A stretch of DNA of 64,000 bases from Octopus sinensis (Eukaryota): NCBI RefSeq assembly GCF_006345805.1, contig NC_043008.1:64728001-64792000 (forward strand), in the 5' to 3' direction. This document shows, one piece after another, positions 28,176 to 41,895 of this stretch. Position numbers and translations under genes: made by a program. Below the pieces are notes generated by a model. It ran no database searches. It saw nothing but the letters and a program-made list of their open reading frames with translations, and was not told where the DNA came from. Positions within the stretch are counted from its first letter, which is position 1. Each line of letters opens with the position of its first letter.

Positions 28176-28386
28176 ATAAAACGATTTCTGTTCAATCTGC
28201 GTTCAGCTCCATTTCTTCAATTCACCAATAATGTTTTAATTTCAATTATCCGCACCAACGCACGGTTGCAACGCCAGATGGTTGTACCTCCGACCGTGCT
28301 GTTTACTGCTGTGATTTTTGCTACTAAGGTATCGGTTAACTTTTGATTAATCTACAACAAGATTATTCATCTTTCTATTTCACATA

Positions 28387-28417
<31 letters not shown>

Positions 28418-28443
28418 CATATATATGTGTGTGTGTGTGTATG

Positions 28444-28505
<62 letters not shown>

Positions 28506-28508
<3 letters not shown>

Positions 28509-30062
28509 CCTTGCCCAAAAGTATTAGGCCACCCTAATGTTTTGGGGTTCTTCTATCTCAATGTTAATGAAACTCGTTCACATTCTAGATTATGATATAT
28601 TTCACAATATACAGTAGTTTTAATATCTGATTGACCCTCCTTTAGCATCAATTACCACTTTTATACTGTATTGTACATATGCAACCAATTATGAGTAAGG
28701 CCAACGTCCAAAATGAACTTATGTTTCCTTGATTATTTCAGAGTGTTATGCTAAACTATGTCGTAGATACAGTTAATAAACAGTAAAATGCCTGAAGGAG
28801 TTGAGGGAGTGTGAGCGAGGTCAAATCGTAGCACATCAGGAAGATGGAATGTCTTAAATACAAATTGCTCAGAAGATGAACTGTTCTCGATGTGCGGTAC
28901 AAATGACTCTCAACCACTTCAGAGAGACAAAAGATGTGAAGACAATACAAAGAACTGGTAGAAAAACGGTTACATCCCCTCGTGATGACAGATCCATCAT
29001 CCATCAGGTGCTCAGAAACAGGAGAAAAACATGGTTAGAGCTCTGTGCGAACTTCAACGAGGCAAATACTTCTCAAATATCAATCATAACTGTTAGAAGA
29101 AGGCTTGTAGAGTACAGTTTGAAAGGATGTAAAGCCAGGAAGAAGCCATTGGTTTCTGAAGCGAATATGGAAAAACGTCTTCAGTGGGCCAAATACAACT
29201 CAAATTGCAACAGTGAGCAATGGCTGATAGTCATATGGTCTGATGAAAGTAACCACGAGGTAAAATAGTAAATAGTAAATATATTCACTCAACATATAAG
29301 CTTAATGTAACTGGTTTGTTTTCCCAAAATATATATAGAAAAGCATCCAACATAAAGCTAATATTATTTTTCACGTTTTTACTCAGGTTTTCGATACATC
29401 TGGTGCAACTTTCGTGTGTCGCAGAGCTGGGAAAGTATTTGAAGCTGAATGTCTGGTACTAACCGTCAAACATGGGGGGGGGGTTATATCATGGTGTGAG
29501 CCTGCATATCTACCACAGAACCTAGAAAAATGTTTCGATATCAAGGAAGGATGAATTCAGCTACCTATGTTTCTATGTTATCGGATGTTTTAGAGCCATC
29601 AATTGTTACATTGCATCCAGGAGTGTCGGAAAACAGTGTTATCTTTCAACAGGACAATGCTCCATGTCACACAGCAATGAATACACTTCAATGGCTTGAG
29701 AAACAAATTATTGTTCCCATGGACTGGCAGCTCATTGTCCCGATCTAAATCTGATCTAACACCTATGGGGAACTCTTAATGAAGCTATCAGGAACACAAC
29801 AATTAAAAATAAAGGGCATTAGTACCAACAGTTGAGAGAAGAATGGAGTACAATTGCGCCTAGCACCTGCAAGAAACAAGCTGATTCAATTCCTAACCAT
29901 ATAACAGTGGTAACTGATGCTAAAGGAGGGTCAACCAGATATTAGATCTAAAGATTATTGTGAAATACACCATAATCTACCATGTGCACAAGTTTTATTA
30001 ACATTGAGAACATAGTAGAACCCCAAAACATTGGGGTGGCTTAATACTTTTGGTCAAGGCTG
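28506..30062 (+). mobile_element. Complete but decayed Tc1-like DNA transposon (DD34E), about 60-bp TIRs, TA flanks
   Basis: TIR cagccttgcccaaaagtattaggccaccctaatgttttggggttct and its reverse complement; transposase pieces TVRRRL..ARKKP..RLQWA..WSDES, FQQDNAPCH..PDLNLI(E to stop)HLW. Confidence 0.95.
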
Positions 30063-30325
30063 TATATATATATATATATATCCTTCGAAACGTAGAGTAG
30101 ATGAAACCTTAGCGACTGAAGAAGGGGATTTTTCGTTGTGCTTATTGTCCTGTATCTCTTTTTTCTTTTTTGCTTGTCCTGTTCCTTGGTTTGTGTCTAT
30201 GTTTTTCGTCTCTCTATGTGTTCGACGTCTTTTTGGTGTCCTGTACACATATATGCGTGTATATGTACATGTAGAGGTAGGTACGTACATATATGTTTAT
30301 ATATATGCATATGTTCTATTTTATT

Positions 30326-30406
<81 letters not shown>

Positions 30407-30813
30407 TAGAGAGAGAGAAAGAAAGAAAGAAAGAGATACCTACGTATGTAGGTAGGTTAGATATATACGATGATCAACGCCATTGTAATGATGTCTTTTT
30501 TCCAGTCTTTCGTGGAGGCGTCTCCAGACACGAATAAGTATACGTTGCTTGAAAACTGGTGAGGCTTGGTATAAAGCCTGCTTTACCGAATCCAGTCTGA
30601 CAATGCAAGCTTTGAAAATTAGGTGTTAAAACGATGACGATGAACATATATAAATATAAAACTTTTCAGTCTCCACTCCTGGTCGATAAAATAAAGTTGC
30701 GCTGATGGACTAAGGGCAATGGTTTCGACTAATATTCTCCGCTCAAAATTACTGGTCTGACTAAAATTAGAAGGCATTATTATATATCATTATAATCTCT
30801 TTATTTGTTTCTC

Positions 30814-31031
30814 TCTCTTTACTCTTTTACTCTGTTACTTGTTTCAGGCATTTGACTGTGGCCATACCGGAGCACCGCCTTTAGTCGAGTAAATCGACCC
30901 CAGGACTTATTCCTTGGAAGCTTAGTACTTATTATATCGGGCTCTTTTGTCGAACTGCTAAGTTACGGGAACGCAAACACACCAGCATCGATGTTGGGGG
31001 GACAAACACAGACACACAAACACACATACAT

Positions 31032-31127
<96 letters not shown>

Positions 31128-31300
31128 CATATATATGATGGGCTTCTTTCAGTTTCTGTCTACCAAATCCCCTCACAAGGCTTTGGTCGGCCCGAGGCTA
31201 TAGTAGAAGACACCTGCCCAGGGTGCTACGCACTGGGACTGAACCTGGAACCATGTGGTTGGTAAGCAAGCTACTTACTACGCAGCCACTTCTACGCCTA
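30814..31300 (-). mobile_element. SINE family C with internal (CA)n(TA)n
   Basis: Head taggcgtagaagtggctgcgtagtaag; core like accttgggcaagtgtcttctactatagcc; tail gactgaaacaagtaa. Confidence 0.88.
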
Positions 31301-32106
31301 TTCCTATGATTATTTTCGACTAACGATTTAACAGAGTCGTTAGCGTATATTGAAGTATTAGTTGCAATTCGTAATATTATCATGCTATATAGTAAAGTTT
31401 GCATTTCCTCTCCTAGTGTCGATTAAAAAATGCCAGTGAATTAGAGTTGGTGGTTGAGTGACTAACACCTCTCCTGCGAATCTGTGATCAAATAATTATG
31501 TTCGAAGTATTTATCAATTAAGAATTTTCTCAACACTTTTAAACTATGAAATATAAAGGGCTACAAGTTATTTCTGTAAGGTATGATATTGTAAGCTGAA
31601 ATGACTCGGGTCCTTTACTGGATGAATACGTATTTTAACGACGCCTAAGGAAGAAAGACCAAGTCAGCAACGGTAAAATATGATTGCTAATGACAAAGGA
31701 ATGTAACTGAATGCAACTACGCGTATAATCTGCAGCTCTTATATAGTTTTGCCACTCCACTACCCTATTATTTCACAATATCAGTAAGGCTTATCAGCTG
31801 CATCATGGCGTTCAGAATCACTGAAACGGAAATTTTCCGATGTTAAGCGATAAGTTGGTAAGTGTATGTCCAGTGCATGTAATTCCTCATGCATATAAAT
31901 ACATTACTTATACCTTTGTACGCGTATGCATGCACATAAATGTATGTATGCATATATGTGTCTGTACGTGAGTGGGTTTGTGTGTGTATGGGTGTGTATG
32001 TATGAATATATGCATTTATGTATAAATTGATATATATATATATTATATATATATATTATATATATATCAATATATATATATCAATATATATATATCAATA
32101 AAAAGC

Positions 32107-32192
<86 letters not shown>

Positions 32193-33127
32193 GATAGATA
32201 TACATGTACACACACAAACACACACATATAGTGTGCTTGTGTGTGAATGTAAATGTTTGGTGCTTGTAATTATCTGCGTATTTTTCGTTTGCATATCTCT
32301 TCGTATCTATTTGTGCAAGTCATGCCGCTTAGAAACATGTAAATCTGAACTGCTAATCTATATTAGATGGAGGTGGGTTAAACTCTGGCTGGAGCCAAAG
32401 TTTTAAATTTACTTTTAGCTAAGCTGGAAATTATGAAAGTAAGGATAAGCATATTTTTGCTTGTAAGTTATGGCCTTTGAATAAATGGTTGACAGACGAT
32501 CAAGTTTACGTTAAGAATTATAGCTTTTCCATTTTGGACATATCTAACAGCAGTGATTCAATACATTCACATAGAATGTAATTATTCAACAATATATTTA
32601 GTGGTATTTATACACCATTGTTGATAAATGATCCGTTGATAACACAAACTCACTTTTATTTGAAGTTATTATTATTTAGAATAACTTCGGAAAAGTGCAT
32701 CGATTGATTACTTAGAGGATCAAATAAAAGCTTTTCCAAACTGTTCTGCTCATAAAAATTGATAATCCCTACAGGCGAAAATCATCACTTTGCCAAAATT
32801 AATTACTCACAAACATAGAACGTCTGGTGTTGGGTTAAAAGTTTCCATCAATTTTATCCTCTCAGTTTTATTTGCACCATCAGTTTTAAACATAAAATTT
32901 AATCACTTGGCAACCAAACTTCGAGATTTATGGAACCATGGATATCGGATTTAAATTTCTCTTTGTTTTATATTCCCTTGGACATATCATATTACATAAT
33001 ATTACAACATTATCAATTACAATATATATACAGTTTATCTTCCAAATACGTATATTCACACATATACTTTAAAACACATAGATATACATATATACATACA
33101 TACACCACACACACATATGTGTGTTAC

Positions 33128-33176
33128 GAAAGTGATGTTGCAAATTCGGAAGGAATAAGCCAGCGATCAGATCCAG
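33128..33176 (-). CDS. Candidate coding exon (xGSDRWLIPSEFATSL), copy 1
   Basis: gtgctttag acceptor, TTC|gtaaca donor, 49 nt phase 1 to 2, in frame with the 25.4 kb exon. Confidence 0.5.
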
Positions 33177-33607
33177 CTAAAGCACATTATGTATTAAGAC
33201 ATTTAACAAAATATGAGTAGAAAGAGTTGGAAAAATAAGTCGTCCCAACCCCGACCATCACCGCCAATACTACATCTCTTCTCAATAAAAATAGCAGCAA
33301 CTGCAATAGCTACAAAATACAAAGAAGAAAAAACAGAAAGAAACGAAAAATACAATAGGTTAATAACAGTATATTACCAAAATATCGACAACAGCCATAT
33401 TGGAACCAAAATGCAATGCGTATCGCTACAATTTTATTTTTTTAGAATGGAGTCGCAGAGTCTTGTGAAAACATTTATTATTAGAGTATCGAGTTCTACA
33501 GTGTTTTAATCACTATATTCTCATACATATCTCTATACCAATCCACTCTTTTTCTCGTCTCTCTCTGTCCAAATCTCTTCCGTTCTCTTTCAGTCTCTGT
33601 CTCTGTC

Positions 33608-33722
<115 letters not shown>

Positions 33723-33948
33723 TGCATGTATGTATCTGTGTTTCTCTTCGAATTGTGTGAAAAGAAGAAATTAAAAGAAGAAATGGTAGCTATGTTTAAT
33801 GTACAAATTATGGTGGGTACTAATGATCTGTTAGTTTTGACTACCGCACGATAAAAGACGTCTTGTCAATGTGATGATATCTCAGATACACAGACAGACA
33901 GACAGCAGACAGACAGACAGACAGACAGATAGATAGATAGATAGATAG

Positions 33949-34029
<81 letters not shown>

Positions 34030-34954
34030 TACATGTACACACACAAACACACACATATAGTGTGCTTGTGTGTGAATGTAAATGTTTGGTGCTTGTAATT
34101 ATCTGCGTATTTTTCGTTTGCATATCTCTTCGTATCTATTTGTGCAAGTCATGCCGCTTAGAAACATGTAAATCTGAACTGCTAATCTATATTAGATGGA
34201 GGTGGGTTAAACTCTGGCTGGAGCCAAAGTTTTAAATTTACTTTTAGCTAAGCTGGAAATTATGAAAGTAAGGATAAGCATATTTTTGCTTGTAAGTTAT
34301 GGCCTTTGAATAAATGGTTGACAGACGATCAAGTTTACGTTAAGAATTATAGCTTTTCCATTTTGGACAATCTAACAGCAGTGATTCAATACATTCACAT
34401 AGAATGTATTATTCAACAATATATTTAGTGGTATTATACACCATTGTTGATAAATGATCCGTTGATAACACAAACTCACTTTTATTTGAAGTTATTATTA
34501 TTTAGAATAACTTCGGAAAAGTGCATCGATTGATTACTTAGAGGATCAAATAAAAGCTTTTCCAAACTGTTCTGCTCATAAAAATTGATAATCCCTACAG
34601 GCGAAAATCATCACTTTGCCAAAATTAATTACTCACAAACATAGAACGTCTGGTGTTGGGTTAAAAGTTTCCATCAATTTTATCCTCTCAGTTTTATTTG
34701 CACCATCAGTTTTAAACATAAAATTTAATCACTTGGCAACCAAACTTCGAGATTTATGGAACCATGGATATCGGATTTAAATTTCTCTTTGTTTTATATT
34801 CCCTTGGACATATCATATTACATAATATTACAACATTATCAATTACAAATATATATACAGTTTATCTTCCAAATACGTATATTCACACATATACTTTAAA
34901 ACACATAGATATACATATATACATACATACACCACACACACATATGTGTGTTAC

Positions 34955-35003
34955 GAAAGTGATGTTGCAAATTCGGAAGGAATAAGCCAGCGATCAGATC
35001 CAG
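34955..35003 (-). CDS. Identical duplicate of the 49-nt candidate exon
   Basis: Same sequence and splice sites in the second duplication unit. Confidence 0.45.
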
Positions 35004-35435
35004 CTAAAGCACATTATGTATTAAGACATTTAACAAAATATGAGTAGAAAGAGTTGGAAAAAGAAGTCGTCCCAACCCCGACCATCACCGCCAATACTAC
35101 ATCTCTTCTCAATAAAAATAGCAGCAACTGCAATAGCTACAAAATACAAAGAAGAAAAAACAGAAAGAAACGAAAAATACAATAGGTTAATAACAGTATA
35201 TTACCAAAATATCGACAACAGCCATATTGGAACCAAAATGCAATGCGTATCGCTACAATTTTATTTTTTTAGAATGGAGTCGCAGAGTCTTGTGAAAACA
35301 TTTATTATTAGAGTATCGAGTTCTACAGTGTTTTAATCACTATATTCTCATACATATCTCTATACCAATCCCACTCTTTTTCTCGTCTCTCTCTGTCCAA
35401 ATCTCTTCCGTTCTCTTTCAGTCTCTGTCTCTGTC

Positions 35436-35521
<86 letters not shown>

Positions 35522-35689
35522 CATATATGCATGTATGTATCTGTGTTTCTCTTCGAATTGTGTGAAAAGAAGAAATTAAAAGAAGAAATGGTAGCTATGT
35601 TTAATGTACAAATTATGGTGGGTACTAATGATCTGTTAGTTTTGACTACCGCACGATAAAAGACGTCTTGTCAATGTGATGATATCTCA

Positions 35690-36100
<411 letters not shown>

Positions 36101-36323
36101 GAAAGAGAGAGAGGCAATCGGAATGCTGAGTACAGTAAAAAGTATAGAATAGTATTTTTGAAACATCACCTATAGCAATTTCAACCGCACTCATATTACG
36201 ATTTGCTATAATTGGAACTAGTTCCAACTGATTAGAATATATTGACATACAAAATCTTAATACACATATGTGTGTGTATATATGTGTACGTGTGTGACCG
36301 TAAATGTCTGTATATATATATAT

Positions 36324-36356
<33 letters not shown>

Positions 36357-37253
36357 ATCTGTATTTTGGGAGCCAAGCATCTAGTAACAGAGATCGAGGT
36401 TAGGTCTTCAGAAATACGATATTTCATATTTGTATATTCAGCTCACGATACGAGGAAACAATAGCGTAGAAATGTAAGAAAACAACGCACAAGAGTAGAA
36501 GGTTAATGTAATTACGCTGTGAAGGACAAGACATATTGTCGTGTCAGATATTTGTCAAGCGTCGAAATAGAAATTAAGTGTAGGATAAAAATGTATAAAT
36601 CTGAATGACCGACAAAATCAGAATAGAAATAATGCGAATCAAAACAGATGAGCGGAGATGCGCCAAGGGAAATAGGTGAGGGAGCAGTTTAGGAAGTGTT
36701 ACTTAAGTGTCGTTGTGAACGAGAGAGTAGATAAAAATAAGTGCGAGAAATATTACGATATATTCGAAACTCGGAGTAGATGAAACAGAGACAACTGATG
36801 AAGGAGAATATTCTTTATGTTGCATGTCTCGTTTCTCTGTTTATTTTCGTTGTTCGAAAACAAAGTTCGTTTTCTATGTTTTTGTTTTTAGGTTTTCGTT
36901 TCTCATTGTGTTCAACGCTTTTTTGATGTCCTGTACCCATATATGCATATATATATATACATATGTATGTAGGTATGTACATATATGTATGTATATATGC
37001 ATATAGTTATATTATATATATATATATAGCAGCAACGTTTGGGGTGCAATAGCTAATTGCTTCCTATCATCACTATTCCGCAAACCACTTCTTTTTTCCT
37101 TACACACCTTTAAATTGTCACTTTCACATTGAACCTATCAATCACATTATATATACTCGTGTGTACATAATTCGTGGTACATATGTGTGCATGCCTGCTT
37201 ATGTATGTATGTACGTATATAGATATATATAACTTTATTTACGTATGTGTATG

Positions 37254-37327
<74 letters not shown>

Positions 37328-37329
37328 AT

Positions 37330-37753
<424 letters not shown>

Positions 37754-38059
37754 AGCGTTTATCTATGTATATATACTTAAATATTTATGTATGTTCTTAT
37801 GTATGTATGTATGTATGTATGCATGCATGCTCTTCCACTGGTTTCAATCAAAGGCCTGCGGACATGAATATAACGTTTTCAATGTTTTCCACTATATAGT
37901 ATTAATATGAACATGGATCCAATTTAAGTATTTTATCCATCTTTATTTAGAGAATGACTGAAGGACAGCTTAATAAAAATTATGCAAATTGATTCACCGA
38001 TCACGTAGGGAGAGGAGAGATAAAGGTAGAGGCAGAGGGATAGAAGAATTAAAGAGGGT

Positions 38060-38586
38060 CGAGAAAAATAACAGGACATAGCAACAGGTGTCTTGGTTCA
38101 TTCCACACTTCGTTCTTTAGTTCCCTCTCTCTCACATTTCCTGGCCTTCTCTTCATGCTCACTTTCTCCCCTCTTTCACTTCACTGTGTCCCTTTCATTG
38201 TTTCTCGCCCATCCTTAATTGTTCTAGCCTCCTACCTCCACCTTTCTCTCTTCTGTCCCCACGTGACCGGTGTTCGGCCAAGCCTGACCTTTCTTTCTTC
38301 ATTCGACTACCAGCCGTGCAACATCTATATCCCTCTTGTGTCTGTCAAATCTTATTCCTGCTGTAAGGCTTTACTTCCACACACGTCAGCTTAATTTAAT
38401 TCGTCCTTAGTCGAAAGACACCTGTTGCTATGTCCTGATATTTGCATTTGTATTTGTGTAACATTTCTCCGTTTTTTTCCGTCCTTGTTTTCTTTGTACC
38501 GTCTGTCTGGATGTTTTGCGGTCTTGTTATATTTTTGTATTTTTTATATATAAAAATATAGCGACGTAAATAAACTTCTTTGGTCT

Positions 38587-38590
<4 letters not shown>
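38060..38590 (+). mobile_element. Unclassified repeat with a 22-bp inverted copy of an internal segment, ending in (TA)n
   Basis: aggacatagcaacaggtgtctt (about 38071) vs aagacacctgttgctatgtcct (about 38414); no hammerhead found. Confidence 0.45.
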
Positions 38591-38653
<63 letters not shown>

Positions 38654-38867
38654 AGTGAAAGAGATGTAGATAGATAGATAAATGTACGTACTTAATTATA
38701 TATGCGTGTAAGTGTGCAGAGGCTGGATATGTGTGTAGAGGTAACATCAAGTTCAACAACGGCCTCACCATCTACAACAACATGAATAACATTGTAAATA
38801 GGAAATAACAAAAGGAAAAAAAATAATAATAGATGAGGTATAGTTAGAACCACAGTAAAATTAGGTC

Positions 38868-39808
38868 ATCGGGGCGTCGGCTGAAAAACACCCAGGTTAA
38901 CCAAAAGATTTTCCTGGAATATAATTACATACTTTTCCTATCGGCTTTGCAGTGTTTGCATCTAATTGGAGAAGTTTTCAACCTGTTAGTCAAATAAGTC
39001 ATCAACACTCATCATAATTTCATCATTGTTTGACCGTGGTCGAGACAATGGAATTTACCATGCTACGCCAGACTTCACGGTCCATTATGGCATTACGGAG
39101 GTCCTGTTGCTGGATGCCTGTATCCCTGGAGATTACATCAACACTAGATATGACATCATTATCACTGCGATACTGGTTCGCAGCCAAGTGCTTATTCCTG
39201 TTGGGTAACAGATGGAAGTCAGATGGAGCTATATCAGGAGACTGGGGAGAACGATCAACTCGTTCAAAGCCACAGTCATGCACAGTAGCTATACTGGCTT
39301 AGAAAACCAGTTGGATCTAATTCAATCAACGTCAGATTTTTCCCGTGATTGGATCAGTCCGCTTCGGTTTTGAACAAGTGTCAGAAGACGTGGCACCGAC
39401 CTAATAGAAACCTTCGTTATGCTAGGACCATTATGCAGAATGTTCTCAAATCTCTCACGGGATATGCTAATATAATGCATTTATAGTCAATCGCCTATCA
39501 TCCATCAGCATGTGGTGAACGACCAATGTTTTCCTTGGTGGTGGCAGTTGCACGACGTCCAGACCTTGGCTCATCTTCACCATAACTCTTTCTCTGCCAG
39601 TACTTAACACCACGATGCGAACTTTTTTCGATTTTCAAGAGAAGTCGCTACTAGTTACTTTTGAAGTCTTCTTTGAACAGTCAGGTGTCTGTTTACTAGG
39701 AACGAAACAATTCCATTATGAATGGTGATGAAATTGAGGCATGCAAAATTTCCTAACCTTGATATGACAATTTTTTAGTCAACCTATGAACTTTTCAGCC
39801 TCACCTTG
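38868..39808 (-). mobile_element. Internally deleted mariner-like element interrupted by an RTE fragment
   Basis: SPQSPDIAPSDFHLLPN..QYRSDNDVISSVD mariner C-terminus; degenerate TIRs (ggctgaaaa.. / ..cttttcagcctcaccttg ta). Confidence 0.8.
39010..39135 (-). mobile_element. Very short 5'-truncated RTE LINE with 10-bp TSD
   Basis: Same 3' end as the 11.4 kb RTE (2 mismatches in about 115 nt); TSD catcaacact at 39000-39009 and 39136-39145. Confidence 0.9.
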
Positions 39809-40159
39809 TATAATATGAGAAATATTCTAAAAATTTGTTTTATTGGTTTTACTTTAAAGATACGGGGTTAAATGTGAGAAGTGAAAAATAAATAGATACT
39901 ACGACAGTAAGAAACAATGATAGGTGTCAGAATGAAAGTACTTAATTGTATTTGAATAACACATTGCTGAAATCCGCTCGTGTTTGTTCGCTACTGAAAT
40001 ATATGTTTGTATTATATTCATTTGCCGACTGACACTCTTGGCTGTTGTTGAGAAGAGACTGTTCTTTGTCTTCGCATTATTTAATGGTTCTATTGTTTCA
40101 TCATTAGTGTCTCATCTGTAAATCAAACACAGAAACACTTATGTGTATTAGAAAAAGAA

Positions 40160-40269
<110 letters not shown>

Positions 40270-41329
40270 TTATAATAAATGCAAACGAATCGCAAAAGTA
40301 AAAAAAAAAGCAAATAAAGTTTCAGGTAAGGAAATTCCTTGTGTGTTGTCTTTGAACGAAGACATTGAAATAAGAGAAGAATAATAATAAGAAAAAATCT
40401 AACAACGAATAGCAAGAAACCAAAATATAAACAGAAACTTTAATTGAATTAGTGTAAATGAATTCTAACAAAAGCTAAATAGAACAAAAACTCAGTCGCT
40501 TGAAAAGTTAAAGAATTTCGATATTTTTCCAAACTTTACCCTATTATTAATACATTAATGTTTAATGCAACATTCATAATCGAATTCACTATTCACATTT
40601 CATCTAACTGACCGTTAATTCAAAAAGTATTAAAATGACTCAAAACTCTTCCCTTTGTCGATATTTCAGTTAATAGAAAGTTCTATTCAAACAATATGTG
40701 TTTTCAATGCAAATTTTCCAATTCCACGTATTTCTGATGTCATTAAAAACACTTTTAATTATAAGAGTTAAATTTCATATTACATTAATTGAAGTATATT
40801 TCCTTACGTTAATGTAATTCATTTGAAAGAATTTTCTGGATAATATTATATTGCATATTGTTTGCATAACAAATAGATTGCGCTCTCAACAACAGTAATT
40901 TCTTGAACGCTGGCTTCATAAAGACAATACAGATGATCGATAAAGTAATCCGTTTGTTGTAATTCAGCCTAGCTGTCAGTTACTGCTTAATTAGCTGACG
41001 ACAAAATAAGTAATAAAAAGTAGATAATCATGACGTATATATATAAACATACACTAGCACACACACGCAAAAATATACACACACACACACACACACATAA
41101 ATTCATACAACCGCAACCCCAAAAAATGAAAAAACACAATGATAATAATAAAAGTAATAACATTAGAAAAATATGAGAATACTTATAACGGTAGCAATGA
41201 ACACAAAATTAGTAAAAATAACAATGTTAAGACAGATAAGAAACAGAGTACCCGAAAACAACATTTGGTTAGGAACCAAAACATTAGAGATAAACAAAAT
41301 GGAAATAACCCTAGAGACGGGGAAAATAG

Positions 41330-41830
41330 GCATGGCATTATTTAAGCGGAAGCTGAAAAGGAAAGTTGCGATTGTAAATTTAAAAATCACTGCCATTTAA
41401 AAAATTTTTGCAACTAAAAAAGTTTAATATATAGGTATGAGTTAGAATCTGGGGGATAAAATTATTACTTTATAGGCTCCACTGTAAATTACGTAAAAAG
41501 CAGAATAGCTAGCCATAAAATCACCTTTTAAGACAAGAATAAAATAGCTAGCAACAGCTTAGCCAGATTACTAAGGAAGATAAAAGATAAAAACAAGGAA
41601 TATAAGTTAATATGGCAAGTAATTAACCGAGTAAAATCTTACATTATTGGCGACAAGAAGTGTGATTTATGTGTTGAGGAAATTTTCCAGATAACTTCTA
41701 AGCATAAACTTATCATCAGTAAAAGAGAATGAGGTTATTCTGCTCACACAGGAATAAATACGTATTTACGAAATACAATTAGAATAGAAAAATTAAATAC
41801 GAGTAGGTCTAACAGAAAATATAAAAATAC
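41330..41830 (+). mobile_element. Penelope-like GIY-YIG C-terminal relic (a second PLE lineage)
   Basis: CDCKFKNHCHL..LIY..FIGST..KSRIASHKITF..LRKIKDKNKEYKLIW..KKCDLC..HRNKY; stops present. Confidence 0.7.
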
Positions 41831-41860
41831 AAGTTCTAGAATATATGTCTAAGATGTAAG

Positions 41861-41895
<35 letters not shown>

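Larger units (their letters stand above)
27741..28386 (+). mobile_element. Hammerhead-bearing element containing a 492-bp near-perfect palindrome (27741-28232) plus a unique tail, flanked by (TA)n
   Basis: Arms are reverse complements with very few mismatches; centre carries gaaactcagtttc repeats. Confidence 0.85.
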
